Assembly: GCF_020745735.1 (NCBI RefSeq)
Contig: NC_083422.1
Span: 21,018,001 to 21,082,000 of the forward strand
DNA length: 64,000 nucleotides
From: Hemiscyllium ocellatum
Lineage: Eukaryota
Direction of reading: 5' to 3'
The position numbers were made by a program, and so were the translations under genes. The notes under the pieces are model-generated. The model was not told the DNA's origin. It saw nothing but the letters and a program-made list of their open reading frames with translations, and ran no database searches. Positions 1-12,880 of this stretch are shown piece by piece (position 1 is the stretch's first letter; each line of letters starts with the position of its first letter).

Positions 1-780
1 ATGCCTGTGGCACTGTGAGCATCTCAGCAGTATGCAGGAGGGGAAGGAAGAAGAGTGGAAGAGCATGACTTATGAGGCTTCCATCATCTCAGAGTCAGAA
101 AGGATGCTCTGTGGCAGCAAAAGTCCAGGGTGACTCTTTTGCCTCCATGGTACAAGCATCGTGATGTCACCGAGTTGCGACAGTTAATCCTTGTGTGGAG
201 TGAGTGAACTGCCAGAGGTTGTGGCGTGCATCGGTACCAACGGTATCGGTAAGAAGGGGGAAGAAGGCCTGAGAGTAGATTTTAGGAAATTAAGAAAAAC
301 TAAAATGCAGGACCTAAAGAGTAGTAATCTCAGGACAATTCCCAGCGCTATGGTATTAGTGAATTTTGGGACAGGACGATTGATCAATTGACTTCATGTT
401 GGAGAGTAGAAATAGGAGGAAAGGCAATGGATGTCTGTGGCAGTGGGACTGATATTTGGACAGACAGGCTGCACTTCAACAGGACTGGGATTAGTATCCT
501 CTCAGGGAGATTTGCTACTGTTGTTTGAGAATGTCTGAATGAAACTATCAGGAGATTGGGAACCTGAGGGGTAGCTCAAATTGGAAGTAAAACTGAAAGC
601 AAGGAGTCGAAAAATGGCATTCAGGTGAAATGAAGACAAGTATCAGTAATGCTTAGAATGTGGAATAATGGCTAAAGGTAAAATGGTTAAAGGCATGCTA
701 CCTGAAGGCACAACAAGGTAAATGATTTAAAGGCACAAATAGATTTAAATATGTCTCATCTAATTGCTATTATGGAAAAA

Positions 781-1140
781 TGGCTGAGGTGTGACCAAAA
801 GAGTATTGAGAATAGGAGTTGTGAGGTCATGTTGCAGCTGTGCAGGATGTTGATTAGGCCACTTTTGGCATATTGCGTGCAATTCTGGTCTTTCTATCGG
901 AAGGATGTTGTGAAACTTGAAAGGGTTCAGAAAATATTTACAAGGATGTTGCCAGGGTTGGAGGATTTGAGCTATAGGGAGAGACTAAATAGGCTGGGGC
1001 TGTTTTCCCTGGAATGTCAGAGCCTGAGGGGTGGATGGGTATATGAATAGGAAGGGTTGAGAGGGATATGGTCTGCATCGACGAGTTAGACCGAAGAACC
1101 TGTTTCCGTGCTGTACATTTCTATGACTATGACTATATGC
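781..1140 (+). mobile_element. CR1 3' fragment nested in the older CR1
   Basis: LIRPLLAYCVQFWSFYRKDVVKLERVQKIFTRMLPGLE (CR1 ORF2 C-terminus), followed by a short tandem tail (ctatgactatgactatg). Confidence 0.8.
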
Positions 1141-1538
1141 CTAGGAATTGAATATTCAAGCATTTTGGAAGGACAGTAAAATAGGAAAAGGAATTGGAAT
1201 CACACTGATACTAAGGGATGGGATCAGTACATTAATAAAAGAGAATCTTGAATTCGAAGAACAAAATGTGGAATCTGTTTAGGGGCAGCTAAGAAACTGC
1301 ATGCGGCAGCAAGTATTAAGATGAGTTGTTCATCAGCCACGAGACTGTAATGGTTAAGTAAGCATGGTATTAATCAGGAGTTTAGAAAAACATCTGACAT
1401 GGGTAATCCAGTAATAATGGGTAATACCAATCAGCACATAGTCTGCATAACCTAATCAACATTAATGCTGTAGTGGATAGGTATCTAGGGATGTTAATCT
1501 AGAGCAGTATGTTGAGAAATCAACTGAAGAACAGGTTA

Positions 1539-1640
1539 GGAATAGAGCAGCTTCGGATGCTGCCTGAACTGCTGTGCTTTTCCAGCACCACTCTAATCTA
1601 GAATCTGGCTTCCAGCATCTGTCGTCATTGTTTTTACCTA
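1539..1640 (+). mobile_element. Short PLE pseudo-LTR 3'-end insertion with 12 bp TSD
   Basis: gatgctgcctgaactgctgtgcttttccagc is the PLE 3' end seen elsewhere in the window. aagaacaggtta is duplicated at 1527-1538 and 1641-1652. Confidence 0.75.
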
Positions 1641-3150
1641 AAGAACAGGTTATTTTGGTATTATATTATATAACAAAAATGATAATATTCTTCTTTTAAA
1701 ATAATCTTTAAGGATGAGTGACTACAATATAACAGAACATTATATTATATTTGAAAGTGATAGTTTAATCAGAAGCCTGAATGTTAAATTTGAACAAAGG
1801 TGTGAGGAACACACTGACTGATTTGGATTGGATCACTACACTAATAGCTATGATGGTACATTGCAATGGATAGTCTTTAAAGAATTATTCTACATTCCTT
1901 CAAGGTGCAAAAACTGTAAAAAAAATGTCCGTCAACTGTGACGAACAAAGAATGTTGAGGATTACATATGGCTAAAAGAAAAAACTATAAAGTTTCCTGA
2001 AAGAGTAGGAAACATGAGGATTGGGTGGATTTCAGAACACAGCAAAAGTGGGTCAACTGATAAAGGCAGAATAGAAAATGAGTGCACACCATCAAAAAAT
2101 ATTTGAAAAGATTGTAAGCTTTTATAGATATGTAAAAAGAAAATGTTAGCTAAGACAAATATGGGTCCATTGCAGACAGAGTTGAGAGGAACATGGAATA
2201 GAGAAATGACAGACAACCAAAGTTATTACTTTGTGTCTGTCTTCATAGAGGAAGAAACAAGAAATCTCACAGAATTAGACGTCCAAGAGTCCAGATAGAA
2301 TAAAGAAATGAAGAAAATCTTTAAGAAAGTTGTGCTGGAGGGATTAATGGGTCAGAATTTTATGAAGTTGCTGGGACTTGATATCTCCACCTCAAAGTGT
2401 TGAAGGAAGTACCTATGAAAACATTAGATGCATTAGTCCTTCTAAAATTCTATAGATTCTGGAAAGGTCCCTGCAGATTGAACTGTAAGCAGGGAACTAC
2501 TGCCCAGGTCAACTGACATCTGTAATAAGGAAAATGCTAAAATCTATTCTAGAGCATGTGATAAGTGGACACATAATAATAATGATCTGTCTGGACATGA
2601 TCAGTATGAATTTCTGACTGGAAAATAATGTTTGATGAATTGTTGGAAGATTTTGAAAATGTCGTTAACATAATTGGCAAGGGATAAACTCAGTGGATAT
2701 ATATTACACTTGGATTCTCAGAAGCTCGATATAAGGTCTCAAAGAAGATTGGTTAGCAAGGTTAAAGTGCATGGGATATGAGGTAATAGATAGCATAGAA
2801 TAAGGATTGGCTAATAGAAAACACAGAGTAGCAATAAATGGGACATTCTCAAGTTGGCAGATTGTGAATAGTGGGGGAATGCGATGATCAATACATTGGG
2901 CCTCAGGTGTTCACAAAAATATCAATGGGGACCAACTATACTACTTTCAAATTGTACAATAAGGCAAAGCTAGGTAAGAACGTGTGATATGAGACAAATG
3001 CAGAATGGCTTCAAGGGGCTTTGGACAGGCTTAGTAAATGAGTAAGTATGTGGCAGAAAGAGTATAATGTAGAAAAATGTGAGATTATCCACTTTGGTAG
3101 GAAGAACGAATGCGCAGAATATTTATTAAATCCAAAAAAATGTCCCGACA

Positions 3151-3472
3151 GTATGGGGACAGGCCATTTAGCCCAACAGGTCCCCATCAACTCTCTGAAG
3201 AGCATTCCATCCTATCCCTTTAACCCTGCATTTCCCGTGGCTAATCTACCTAACCTACACCTCCCTGGACACTATGGATAATTTAGCATGCCCAGTCCAT
3301 CTAGCCTGCACATCTGTGGACTGTGGAAAGAAACTGGAGCCCCCAGAGAAAACCCATTTAGACACAGGGAGAATGTACAATCTCCACACAGACAGTCACC
3401 CAAGGCCAGAAATGAACCTCAGTCCCTGGCACTGTGAGGTAATAGTGCTAGCCTCTGAGCCACTGTGCCATC
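3151..3472 (-). mobile_element. HE1-like tRNA-derived SINE
   Basis: Reverse complement shows a degenerate tRNA head (A/B boxes), central core and CR1-like tail; similar to the copy at 21390-21701. Confidence 0.8.
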
Positions 3473-5300
3473 TCAATGACGATAAGACATTAGAATGTGG
3501 AGATGTGCAACGGGCCATGGGACCTGGTCAAAATTCACTGAATGCTGATTTGTAGCTGCAGGAAGCAATTTGGAATTAGGAAGGTATGTTAGCCTTTGTT
3601 ACAAGAAGATTTGAGTACAGGAATAATGATGTGTTGTTTCACTTGTATAGGATATTAGTTGACCTCAATTGGAATACTGTGTGCAGTTTTGGACCCCCTA
3701 CATTAGGACGGACATTATTGCTGTAGCTGGAGTGCAAGAAAGATTCATCAGTCTTGTTCCTGTGATGGTGGGTGTGTCCTGTGTAGAGATTTGACAAGCT
3801 AGGCTATATTCTTTTGAGTTTCAAAGAATAGAAGACAATATCTTGAAACTGACAGAATATTTACAGGTTTAGGCTGAGTAGATGCAGCTAAAATGTTTCC
3901 CTTGGTTGCTGAGTTTAGAACCATGAGACACAATTTCAAAATGAAAGGGAAACAATTTAAGATCAAAATAATGCGAATTCCTGTCACTCAGAGAGTTGTG
4001 AATTTTGGAATTTTCCACCACTAAGGATTGTGGAAACTCGGTCATTAAAGGATAGATTTGTATTTAGAAATCTGTCAGTGATGAAATTGGATATGAAGAT
4101 AATGTAGCAAAATGTTGATGATCACTGATGATTGTGTTGATTGGTGGAGCAAGCTTGTTGGGCTGAATGGCCCATTCCTGTTCCTAATTTTGCAGAATAA
4201 CCTTGGCATAATTTTGTAACTCTTCAAATTGAAGATAATTGTCGATTGTTGTACTGTTGCATCAATAGCATGTTAATGGCCCAATTTTTCCAATCTGTAT
4301 CAGAATCCCTTTTTCTGACCCAGATCAGGCTATAAGTTGTCCACTTGGCTTTGGATGAGTTTTCCAGACAAACCAATGGACCTGGAGTCTTCACAACAAA
4401 AGCAATGTAGTCCAGTCCAGGAATCCATGCAGGCAGATTGGTGCTAAAACCATTATTGCAGTAGCTGTCATATCCATAGTTTAAAGGGCCCAGCCCCACT
4501 TTGACATCTACTAAGAGAAGTTAAGTATGTAAGATAGACTGATAGGTGGATGAAGTTGTGTGATGTCAGCTGGTTGGAATGCTAGCATACCCAGTGGTTG
4601 AGGGGACAATAGAAGTTTGGATGGGCATGGGGTTGGAAGCCGGTTGATTCCATGTGAGGTGGGGTTGGGTGCTGGATGTTACGTTCTGTGGGGCTCAGAG
4701 AAGAATCACAGGTTGTCAGGTTCAGGAAGTTTGATGGTTGGATGGGGAGAGGTTGAGCAGGGAGTTGGGAATGGGATCAAGTGGAGGTAGTATCAATGAT
4801 GTATTTGGGCAGGGTATTGTTACATAGACATTGGAGCGGGTTTTAATTTCTCTAACCTTTTCTGGCTACATACTCAGATAAGTGACTCAGAACCATGTGA
4901 CGTCTCCAACTCTGACTCAGATTTGGGACCTCTTTGGAGAATTCCAAAATAATTGCCCACTGGACATTACAATTTTCCAGGCAATTCCTTCTGAGTTAGC
5001 TGCATCAGGACATCCATATGCCCCCAGTGCACAACTCCTGCCTACAAAACATCAATAAGCATCTTCCTAAATATTAAACTGTAATTTCAATTTATTCTGC
5101 TCAATATTGCACCATACCATTCTCCCAAAAAGTCTGCACTGTCATCCAACTGTTTACGACTGTGTTTGCTTGGTTCCATTCTTATCCCTTCAGTTGTAGC
5201 CATAAAATCACGTGTAATGTATTCTTTTTCTGCCTCTAAAAACTGGCACCTCTGATATCCTTCAAGGATTTATCCTCATCCCGCTCGAATTTCTCACTTA

Positions 5301-5319
5301 CATCATCATCATCATCATC
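5301..5319. repeat. (CAT)6 microsatellite
   Basis: catcatcatcatcatcatc read directly. Confidence 0.9.
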
Positions 5320-6098
5320 TGATAATGTTCACCTTTATTGTATGGTGTCTCACGATCAGTATACCATTTTACCTTTACAAAGATACAGAAATCTACCTTT
5401 AGAGACATGTTCATGATATCATTTCTGTATTGTAGCACATGACTTCAGGTTACAGACTCCATGTTCTCTGGAATTGCTAGCAACGTGATTGAATGCATCA
5501 TCTTTGTTATAACCAAATATTCTAATACTAGCCCAGAAACTTACATGCCGATCAATGCAATTATTAAAGTCAAATGTAATATACATCTATTGGATATTTC
5601 ATACCGTATTAGACATGTCTATTTTCTTATGTTATAAGGGATAACATAATCATTGCTGCATCAAGTTATGTACTCTGTTGGTGACAAAGAAATGTATGAA
5701 TCTCCGCCTCTCTTGACCTTCATACCATCTCCATTTTGTCCAACATAAAATGCTAGGTGAACAATATTATCCTGCAGTTAAATATATGGAAGACTGAGGC
5801 AATTGTTTGCATCATTGCCACAAATATGTTCCATTGTCACTTATTCCATCCTTCTCTCTGGTAGTTGTCTGAGGCTAAACTGGACATTCAAAATCTGGGT
5901 GTCATATTTGCCCTGGAGATGAGTTTCCTATCTCATATCCATGTCATCTCTTAGACTGCCTGTTTCCAACTATGTGACATTGCTCAACTCTGCTCACTTC
6001 ACCTGACGAAGGAGCAGCACTTTGAAAGTTTGTGATTTTTAATAAACCTGATGTGAAGATGCCGCTGTTGGACTGAGGTGGACAAATTTAAAAATCAC

Positions 6099-6233
6099 AG
6101 CTGCCTGATGAAGGGCTTATGCTCGAAACGTCGAATTCTCTATTCCTGAGATGCTGCCTGGCCTGCTGTGCTTTGACCAGCAACACATTTGCAGCTGTGA
6201 TCTCCAGCATCTGCAGACCTCATTTTTTACTCG
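6099..6233 (+). mobile_element. Short PLE 3'-end insertion with hammerhead core, 15 bp TSD
   Basis: aaatttaaaaatcac at 6084-6098 and 6234-6248. Contains CTGATGAAGGGCTTATGCTCGAAACGTCGAAT (6105-6136). Confidence 0.8.
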
Positions 6234-6323
6234 AAATTTAAAAATCACCCAACACCAGGTTACAGCTGAAAATGTGTTGCTGGTTAAAGCACAGCAGGTT
6301 AGGCAGCATCCAAGGAACAGGAA

Positions 6324-6359
6324 ATTCGACGTTTCGGGCATAAACCCTTCATCAGGAAT
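6324..6359 (-). ncRNA. Minimal type I hammerhead ribozyme motif (PLE pseudo-LTR)
   Basis: Minus strand reads ATTC-CTGATGA-A-GGGT-TTAT-GCCC-GAAAC-GTC-GAAT: stem I ATTC/GAAT, stem II with one GU pair, palindromic ACGT stem III. Confidence 0.8.
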
Positions 6360-7853
6360 GAGGAGAGTGTGCCAGGCAGGCTAAGATAAAAGGTAGGGAG
6401 GAGGGACTTGGGGGAGGGGCGATGGAGATGTGATAGGTGGAAGGAGGTCAAGGTGAGGGTGATAGGCCGGAGTGGGGTGGGGGCGGAGAGGTCAGGAGGA
6501 AGATTGCAGGTTAGGAGGGCGGTGCTGAGTTGAGGGAACCGACTGAGGCAAGGTGGGGGGAGGGGAAATGAGGAAACTGGAGAAATCTGAGTTCATTCCT
6601 TGTGGTTGGAGGGTTCCCAGGCGGAAGATGAGGCGCTCCTCCTCCAGCCGTCGTGTTGTTATCCCAACCTCAAATTCACCTGGACTGTCTCAGACTCCTC
6701 CTTCCCCTTCCTAGACCTTTCCATTTCTATCTCGGGCGACCGACTCAACACAGACATCTACTATAAACCGACTGACTCCCACAGCTACCTGGACTACACC
6801 TCCTCCCGCCCTGCCCCCTGTAAAAACTCTATCCCATATTCCCAATTCCTTCGTCTCCGCCGCATCTGCTCCCAGGAGGACCAGTTCCAACACCGCACAG
6901 CCCAGATGGCCTCCTTCTTCAAGGACCGCAGATTCCCCCCAGACGTGATCGACGATGCCCTCCACCGCATCTCCTCCACTTCCCGCTCCTCCGCCCTTGA
7001 GCCCCGCTCCTCCAACCGCCACCAAGACAGAACCCCACTGGTTCGCACCTACCACCCCACCAACCTCCGTATACAACGTATCATCCGCCGTCATTTTCGC
7101 CACCTCCAAACGGACCCCACCACCAGGGATATATTTCCCTCCCCTCCCCTATCAGCATTCCGCAAAGACCACTCCCTTCGTGACTCCCTCGTCAGGTCCA
7201 CACCCCCCACCAACCCAACCTCCACTCCCGGCACCTTCCCCTGCAACCGCAGGAAATGTAAAACTTGCGCCCACACCTCCTCCCTCACTTCCCTCCAAGG
7301 CCCCAAGGGATCCTTCCATATCTGCCACAAGTTCACGTGTACCTCCACACACATCATCTATTGCATCCGCTGCACCCGATGTGGCCTCCTCTATATTGGG
7401 GAGACGGGCCGCTTACTTGCAGAATGCTTCAGAGAACACCTCTGGGACGCCCGGACCAACCAACCCAACCACCCCGTGGCTCAACACTTTAACTCTCCCT
7501 CCCACTCCACCGAGGACATGCAGGTCCTTGGACTCCTCCACCGGCAGAACATAACAACACGACGGCTGGAGGAGGAGCACCTCATCTTCCGCCTGGGAAC
7601 CCTCCAACCACAAGGAATGAACTCAGATTTCTCCAGTTTCCTCATTTCCCCTCCCCCCACCTTGTCTCAGTCGGTTCCCTCAACTCAGCACCGCCCTCCT
7701 AACCTGCAATCTTCCTCCTGACCTCTCCGCCCCCACCCCACTCCGGCCTATCACCCTCACCTTGACCTCCTTCCACCTATCACATCTCCATCGCCCCTCC
7801 CCCAAGTCCCTCCTCCCTACCTTTTATCTTAGCCTGCCTGGCACACTCTCCTC

Positions 7854-7889
7854 ATTCCTGATGAAGGGCTTATGCCCGAAACGTCAAAT
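7854..7889 (+). ncRNA. Minimal type I hammerhead motif, stem I mismatched
   Basis: ATTC-CTGATGA-A-GGGC-TTAT-GCCC-GAAAC-GTC-AAAT. Confidence 0.7.
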
Positions 7890-8692
7890 TTCCTGTTCCT
7901 TGGATGCTACCTAACCTGCTGTGCTTTAACCAGCAACACATTTTCAGCTGTGATCTCCAGCATCTGCAGACCTCATTTTTTACCCCAACACCAGGTTATA
8001 GTCCAACAAGTTTATTTGGAAATACTAGCTTTTGAAGCATTGCTCCTTCATTAGGTAGTTGTGGAGAAGGATTGTAAGACACAGAATTTTTACCAAAAGA
8101 TCACAGTGTCATGTATGCAATATACGATACAATCATTAATGAACCAAAACCCACAACCCATTCTAAAAGATGAAGGACCTAACAGCCATCAGGTTTGTTT
8201 AATATATCATATCAGTTGCATGACACTGAGATCTTTTGCTGTAAATTCTGTCTCCTGTGATCTTACTTCACAGCTACCTGGTGAAGGAGCAGCGTTCTGA
8301 AAGCTAGTACTTCCAACTGAACCTGTTGGACTCTTACCTGGTGTTGTGTGACTTCTGACTCTGTTGCTGAGTCTTTCCTGCACCTCAGATGCTGCCTAAC
8401 CTGCTGTGCTTTTCCAGCACCACACTCTAATATCCAGCATCTGCAGTCCTCACTTTCGCTCAACTGCTGCTGCAGCTAACATCTATTTCAATACCAGTTT
8501 TAGATTTGACAATATCGTCACATTTTCCCCACAGCCTAACTTCCTTAATATTGGGGTCACCTAAAACCCTGTCACCTAAGTCCTGATTTCAATTGCTCCA
8601 CCATTGCCTAAGCTTTGGCATCCTTCCCAAAGCTTCGCTGCTTCTTTTATTATTTGTCTTAAGAGCGTGGTCATGATATCCCCTTATTTATA

Positions 8693-8802
8693 GATTTTCC
8701 TGCTCCTCGGATGCTGCCTGACCTGCTGTGCTTTTCCAGCATCACTCTAATCTAGACTCTGGTTCTGGTGGTTTCCAGCATCTGCAGTCCTTGTTTTTAC
8801 CT
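8693..8802 (+). mobile_element. Short PLE 3'-end insertion
   Basis: gattttcctgctcctcggatgctgcctgacc... with an imperfect TSD atatc(c/t)ccttat at 8676-8687 and 8803-8814. Confidence 0.65.
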
Positions 8803-9697
8803 ATATCTCCTTATATGACATGTGTTGAATTTGGTTGATGATGCTCCTGTCACGCCTTGTGATAATTTACAAAGTTAACAGTGGTAAATAAATACAAGCT
8901 GTTGCTGTCAAGTCTAATTCCTTTACATTTTAATTGTTGTTTGACAGTTATTCGAAACTGTACCTTTTGTTTAGCTTTTCTGTCTATTTTTAGTTTCTCT
9001 CTTTTCCAGTTCTTTCTGTCCCTTTATTTCATTTGCTGTACCTGCTCTGACATTGAATTAAATATTCCAGCTGGTACTTTTTGACTCAGACTAAATTCTG
9101 TGCATTACTGGTTTTGGGATTTCAGTGGTTAAGAAGGGCCTCAATTACTGTTTACAGATGTCCTGTAGAGGGCAGTGCAATATTTTGATGGTTAGTGAGA
9201 GACAAATTCAATGAAAAAGGCCCCAAAATAGCTGTGGAAAAGTGCATATGTAACAATTTGAAATGAGATGTACCATTCATTCACTGTTGACTGAAAAATC
9301 TGGCTCATATTTCCTTGAAATCGAATGTGATTATATGTTACTTTGCAGCACCCTCACTTACTTAGTCTACGTAAATTATAGCTTGTACATAAGACTCTGT
9401 GATGTATTATCTATCCTGAAGTAATTAATCTGCACTAATAAGTGAGTCCAATGAGAGACATTTTTCATAATGCAAATTTTGTGTATTTCCAGAGATAAAG
9501 GGATAAACAATATTTCAAAATAGCAGCACCTCTATTTATTTTGGGTCTTGATAATGATTTGAATAAACATATAACATTTTGCAAAAAATCATGAAACTAA
9601 TGCCGTCATAAGAGTTCTGGTGCTGTGAAATAAATGAGATGCTGTTTACAAATATAACTATGTAATGGCACAGTAGAATGCAAAGTAAAGCTGACTG

Positions 9698-9713
9698 AGA
9701 GAGAGAGAGAGAG
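9698..9713. repeat. (GA)n microsatellite
   Basis: gagagagagagagaga read directly. Confidence 0.85.
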
Positions 9714-12184
9714 GCTATTTGAATGAATATCACTATTTATTTCATTGGTCCCAATAGGATTTGAAATTCACCAATACTTCCATCAAACTTCCTGCATGAC
9801 TTAGAATCATAGAATGGTGCAGTGCTTAAGAAGGTAATTTGGCCCATCAAGTCTGTGCTGGTTCTTTTGACAAGAAAACCAGTTGCTCCCATTTCTTTAC
9901 CTCCATCCCTGAAATTTGTTGTTCTTCCAGTATTCATCCAATTCCTTCCTGAATCTGTATTCATCACCCTATTACTTCCAAATTCTAAGTATTCATTGTG
10001 CAAAACATGTTTTTTTTCTCAGATCACCTCTAAATCTTACTGTATCATGTTTAAGTCAGTGTTTTCTGGCTGTTAAGCCTTCAATATTTGGAAACATTGG
10101 GAGGAGTCTTATAGGGAGTCTGACACAAGCTATGACAAGATGTGTGACAGAATTGGGAGACAAGGACCATCTCATTCATGGAGATGATCTCGCTCCATCT
10201 TTTATGCTTCTTACAAACATCATGGCAAGAGTCTGGCTAGGCTGCAGCGAGATGCCACTTTACAGTCATTATTGCTTGTGAAACACTTTGTTAATGCCAC
10301 ATCTGACCTCAATAATAAAACATGTCAAATAAGTTTGATGTTCGGGAATTGTGACAAAAGCGTGTACCTAGTAGATTCCGCTTGCTGTTTGCTACAAACT
10401 ACCTCCATGTTGGTCACTGGGCAACAACATCTCGAGGTATGATCCTCATGCACCCTCTAACGTATTACTGCTCTTCCATAGACGTTTGTATCCCCTGTCT
10501 GCCAACACAACATGACCATCCTGGCACCTCTACTCTGCAATGGCAGTGCACTCTGGAAGCACAGACTTGCATTGCAATGCTCACTGGCTACTAGCTGCAG
10601 TGGGGTCACTTTGCACACAAACTGAGGCACCAGCTCACTGACTGGACTCGGCTGTATCTCAGGACTTTTCACTTGCTCTCTTAGAGCTTGCTAACTTAAT
10701 ACCTACCTGCATTCTCATGGCATCCCTGCCTTGCCATGCCAGTTAGAACCAGGCAGCTTGCCTTGCTGGTCAGCAGTGCTCAGATAAGGAGGCGTACATC
10801 TTACTGTATGACAGGGTGCTACATCAATCTCACACCTTCCTCATGTGCCAGCACTTTACACAGAAACCACACTACATGTGCAGCAAGCAGGGATCCAACT
10901 CTTAGGGGAGTAGTCCTCAATGAAGTCCATGGAGCTACTTGTCTATCAGGGGCTCCCAGTGCAGTGACTCAAGGGCAGGTCCCATTCTAGTCCAGGGAAT
11001 GGGTCATGGTCATTCCTCTGGTTGGGATGTTCTCAGCCAGAGAACCCGTGACTTTGTGTCTAAGTCCAAGGGAATGGGTCGTCAATCCATTGGCTCCGTA
11101 GTAGCAAGTCCAAGTGAATATGGATTAATGTAGGAGGGAGCTGTGTAGGCCCCAGTCAAGGGACTGGGCACATCTTGTCTGGTCATGTTAGTCAAGGGAT
11201 GGACCACAGTTAGTCCATTGGTTCTTTCCTCAGTAACTAAGCAGGAAGTGTATGGTGAGCAAGTTCAGCTGGAGCCAAGGCACTGAGCCTTGACAGTTTA
11301 GTCCTTGGGAGTGGTGGCTGCAGGCAGTGGGCAATTGTGAAGTGGGCTGAAAGGATTACAAAGGGTTTAGTGCTGCAAAACAAAGGGTGGCTGACAGGGG
11401 CAGTGTATGACCACATCTGGCATGGTCACCTCAAATCCCAGGGACAGCTTGGGAAAGATGAACAGGTGTAGCTAGTTTGGGTGGAGACATTGGTGAGTCT
11501 GATGTGTATGGGATTAATGGGATGGGCTACTTGGAAGGAGGAATGGACATTTTGGAGGCTTACTGAGGTAAGTGACTCAACCTGTGAGTGAGGGCCTACT
11601 ACAATCACCCCGTGCTGGACTTAAAATGGCAACAACATTGGTTATAAACTGATGTAGGGTATACAGGCTGCCTACTGCTTGCCCATCCAACAGTATTCAC
11701 CCTCTCTGTACATGGTGCCTCCCTGACAGTGCCATTGCTGGACTAATCTTTGACAATGACACATTTTAACACAGAAGGGGATGTAGAACCAGGAGAGCCT
11801 AAGGTGTGAGAGGTACCTAATGCCTGGCATTCACATTGTACACCCTGCAGTGGGTTGTCAGCACAAACCTTCATCCATTAAACATTGTGTGGTTGTAAAC
11901 TGCTATTGGCTGGTGTGGAAGTGTATTGAGTGCCTACACAGAGATACAAGCAGATGTATGATTGTTAATGTTATCAACATTGTTTACAGTTATATTTACA
12001 TAAAAGCTTCCTTCACTCATGCTCCCAAAGTGTCCCCAATATGGTTTCCTCTTTCTCCCCTTCCCACTCAACGCAGTCCCTGGTGCAGCAGTTAGGGTGC
12101 AGGGAACCTGCTGTGATGTGGAGGCCTTTAACCCCGGAGGTTTAATAGGGTTGTCATGGAGCTAGACAGGTCAGACATGCTGAC

Positions 12185-12420
12185 GCTGGAAGGACACAGC
12201 AAGCCCGGAGCATCAGGAGGTGGAGAAGTCCACATTTCAGGTGTACCCCTTCTTCAGGACTGGGGGTGGGTGTGGGGGTAACTGTAGATAAAGGGGGTGG
12301 TAGAGGCAGGGTGGTGAAGTGGGGATAGGTGAAACCAGGTAGAGGGTAAGATCTGGTTGGTCAATAGGAGGAATGAATCTGATCAGTGGCAGGGAGAAGT
12401 GGAAGTGATGGGGAGGGACT
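12185..12420 (-). mobile_element. PLE pseudo-LTR fragment with degenerate hammerhead (12228-12260)
   Basis: Minus strand GTC-CTGAAGA-A-GGGG-TACA-CCT-GAAAT-GTG-GAC, followed by the C-rich PLE 3' UTR pattern. Confidence 0.55.
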
Positions 12421-12633
12421 GGGAAGGGAGTTGGGCTGCCTTATCTTCTGCCTGGGCAGTAGGAACTGGAACCCACTCTTTAATAGAGAATTGTTTGTTT
12501 GCGATGTTTGCAAAAACTTGTTCATGAGTCATAAGCTGCTCCCAAACTGGTGTGTGCCATTGGGCCTCGGAAAAGGCTTCACGAGACAGGGTGCCTGGAA
12601 CTGCTTGGACATAGTGCCTGTGAATGATGAAGG

Positions 12634-12880
12634 TTAAAAAAAATCACACAACATCAGGTTATAGTCCAACAGGTTTATTTGGAAGTACTAGCTTTTGGAG
12701 CGTTGCTCCTTCATCAGATGATTGATGGTCAGGTGATGATGATGATCAGGTTGACAACCACCTGATGAAAGAGCAGCACTCCGAAAACTCGTGCTTCCAA
12801 ATAAACCTGTTGGACTATAACCTGCTGTTGTGTGATTTTTAACTTTGTCCATCCCAGTCCAACACCAGCTCCTCCATATC
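12634..12880. mobile_element. Palindromic PLE pseudo-LTR mini-element with two degenerate hammerheads head-to-head
   Basis: 12634-12724 is the inverse of 12755-12842. Hammerhead remnant CAC-CTGATGA-A-AGAG-CAGCA-CTCC-GAAAA-CTC-GTG at 12759-12793. Confidence 0.75.

Larger units (their letters stand above)
1..4190 (+). mobile_element. Decayed CR1 LINE (ORF1 esterase remnant, ORF2 endonuclease/RT remnants), interrupted by younger insertions
   Basis: PEVVACIGTNGIGKK (ORF 191-391) is the CR1 ORF1 SGNH-esterase motif. Downstream are many frameshifted ORF2 pieces, e.g. WQKEYNVEKCEIIHFGRKN, and a CR1-type 3' end near 4140-4190. Boundaries approximate. Confidence 0.8.
6263..7983 (+). mobile_element. 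5'-truncated Penelope-like retroelement (RT C-terminus + GIY-YIG endonuclease) with inverted pseudo-LTR, 15 bp TSD
   Basis: ORF 6600-7721 has FPFLDLSI..YYKPTDSHSYLDY (RT thumb), CNRRKCKTC and IIYCIRCTRCGLLYIGETGR (GIY-YIG). 6263-6662 is the reverse complement of ~7551-7950. cccaacaccaggtta occurs at 6248-6262 and 7984-7998. Confidence 0.93.
6051..8350. mobile_element. Older palindromic PLE pseudo-LTR element, host of two nested younger PLE insertions
   Basis: Segments 6051-6098, 6249-6262 and 7999-8350 rejoin into the ...ttaaaaatcac-caacaccaggttatagtccaac... repeat family. Its arms are inverted around ~8130-8215. Confidence 0.7.

Noticed and set aside
5293-5330. Minus-strand ag|(ATG)n|GTAAGTGAG micro-exon look-alike
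   Set aside because: Created by a (CAT)n microsatellite; no polypyrimidine tract or supporting exons.
6711-7613. Long proline-rich or glycine-rich ORFs (6955-7554 +, 6711-7109 -, etc.)
   Set aside because: Alternative-frame and antisense shadows of the C-rich PLE ORF; no independent gene evidence.
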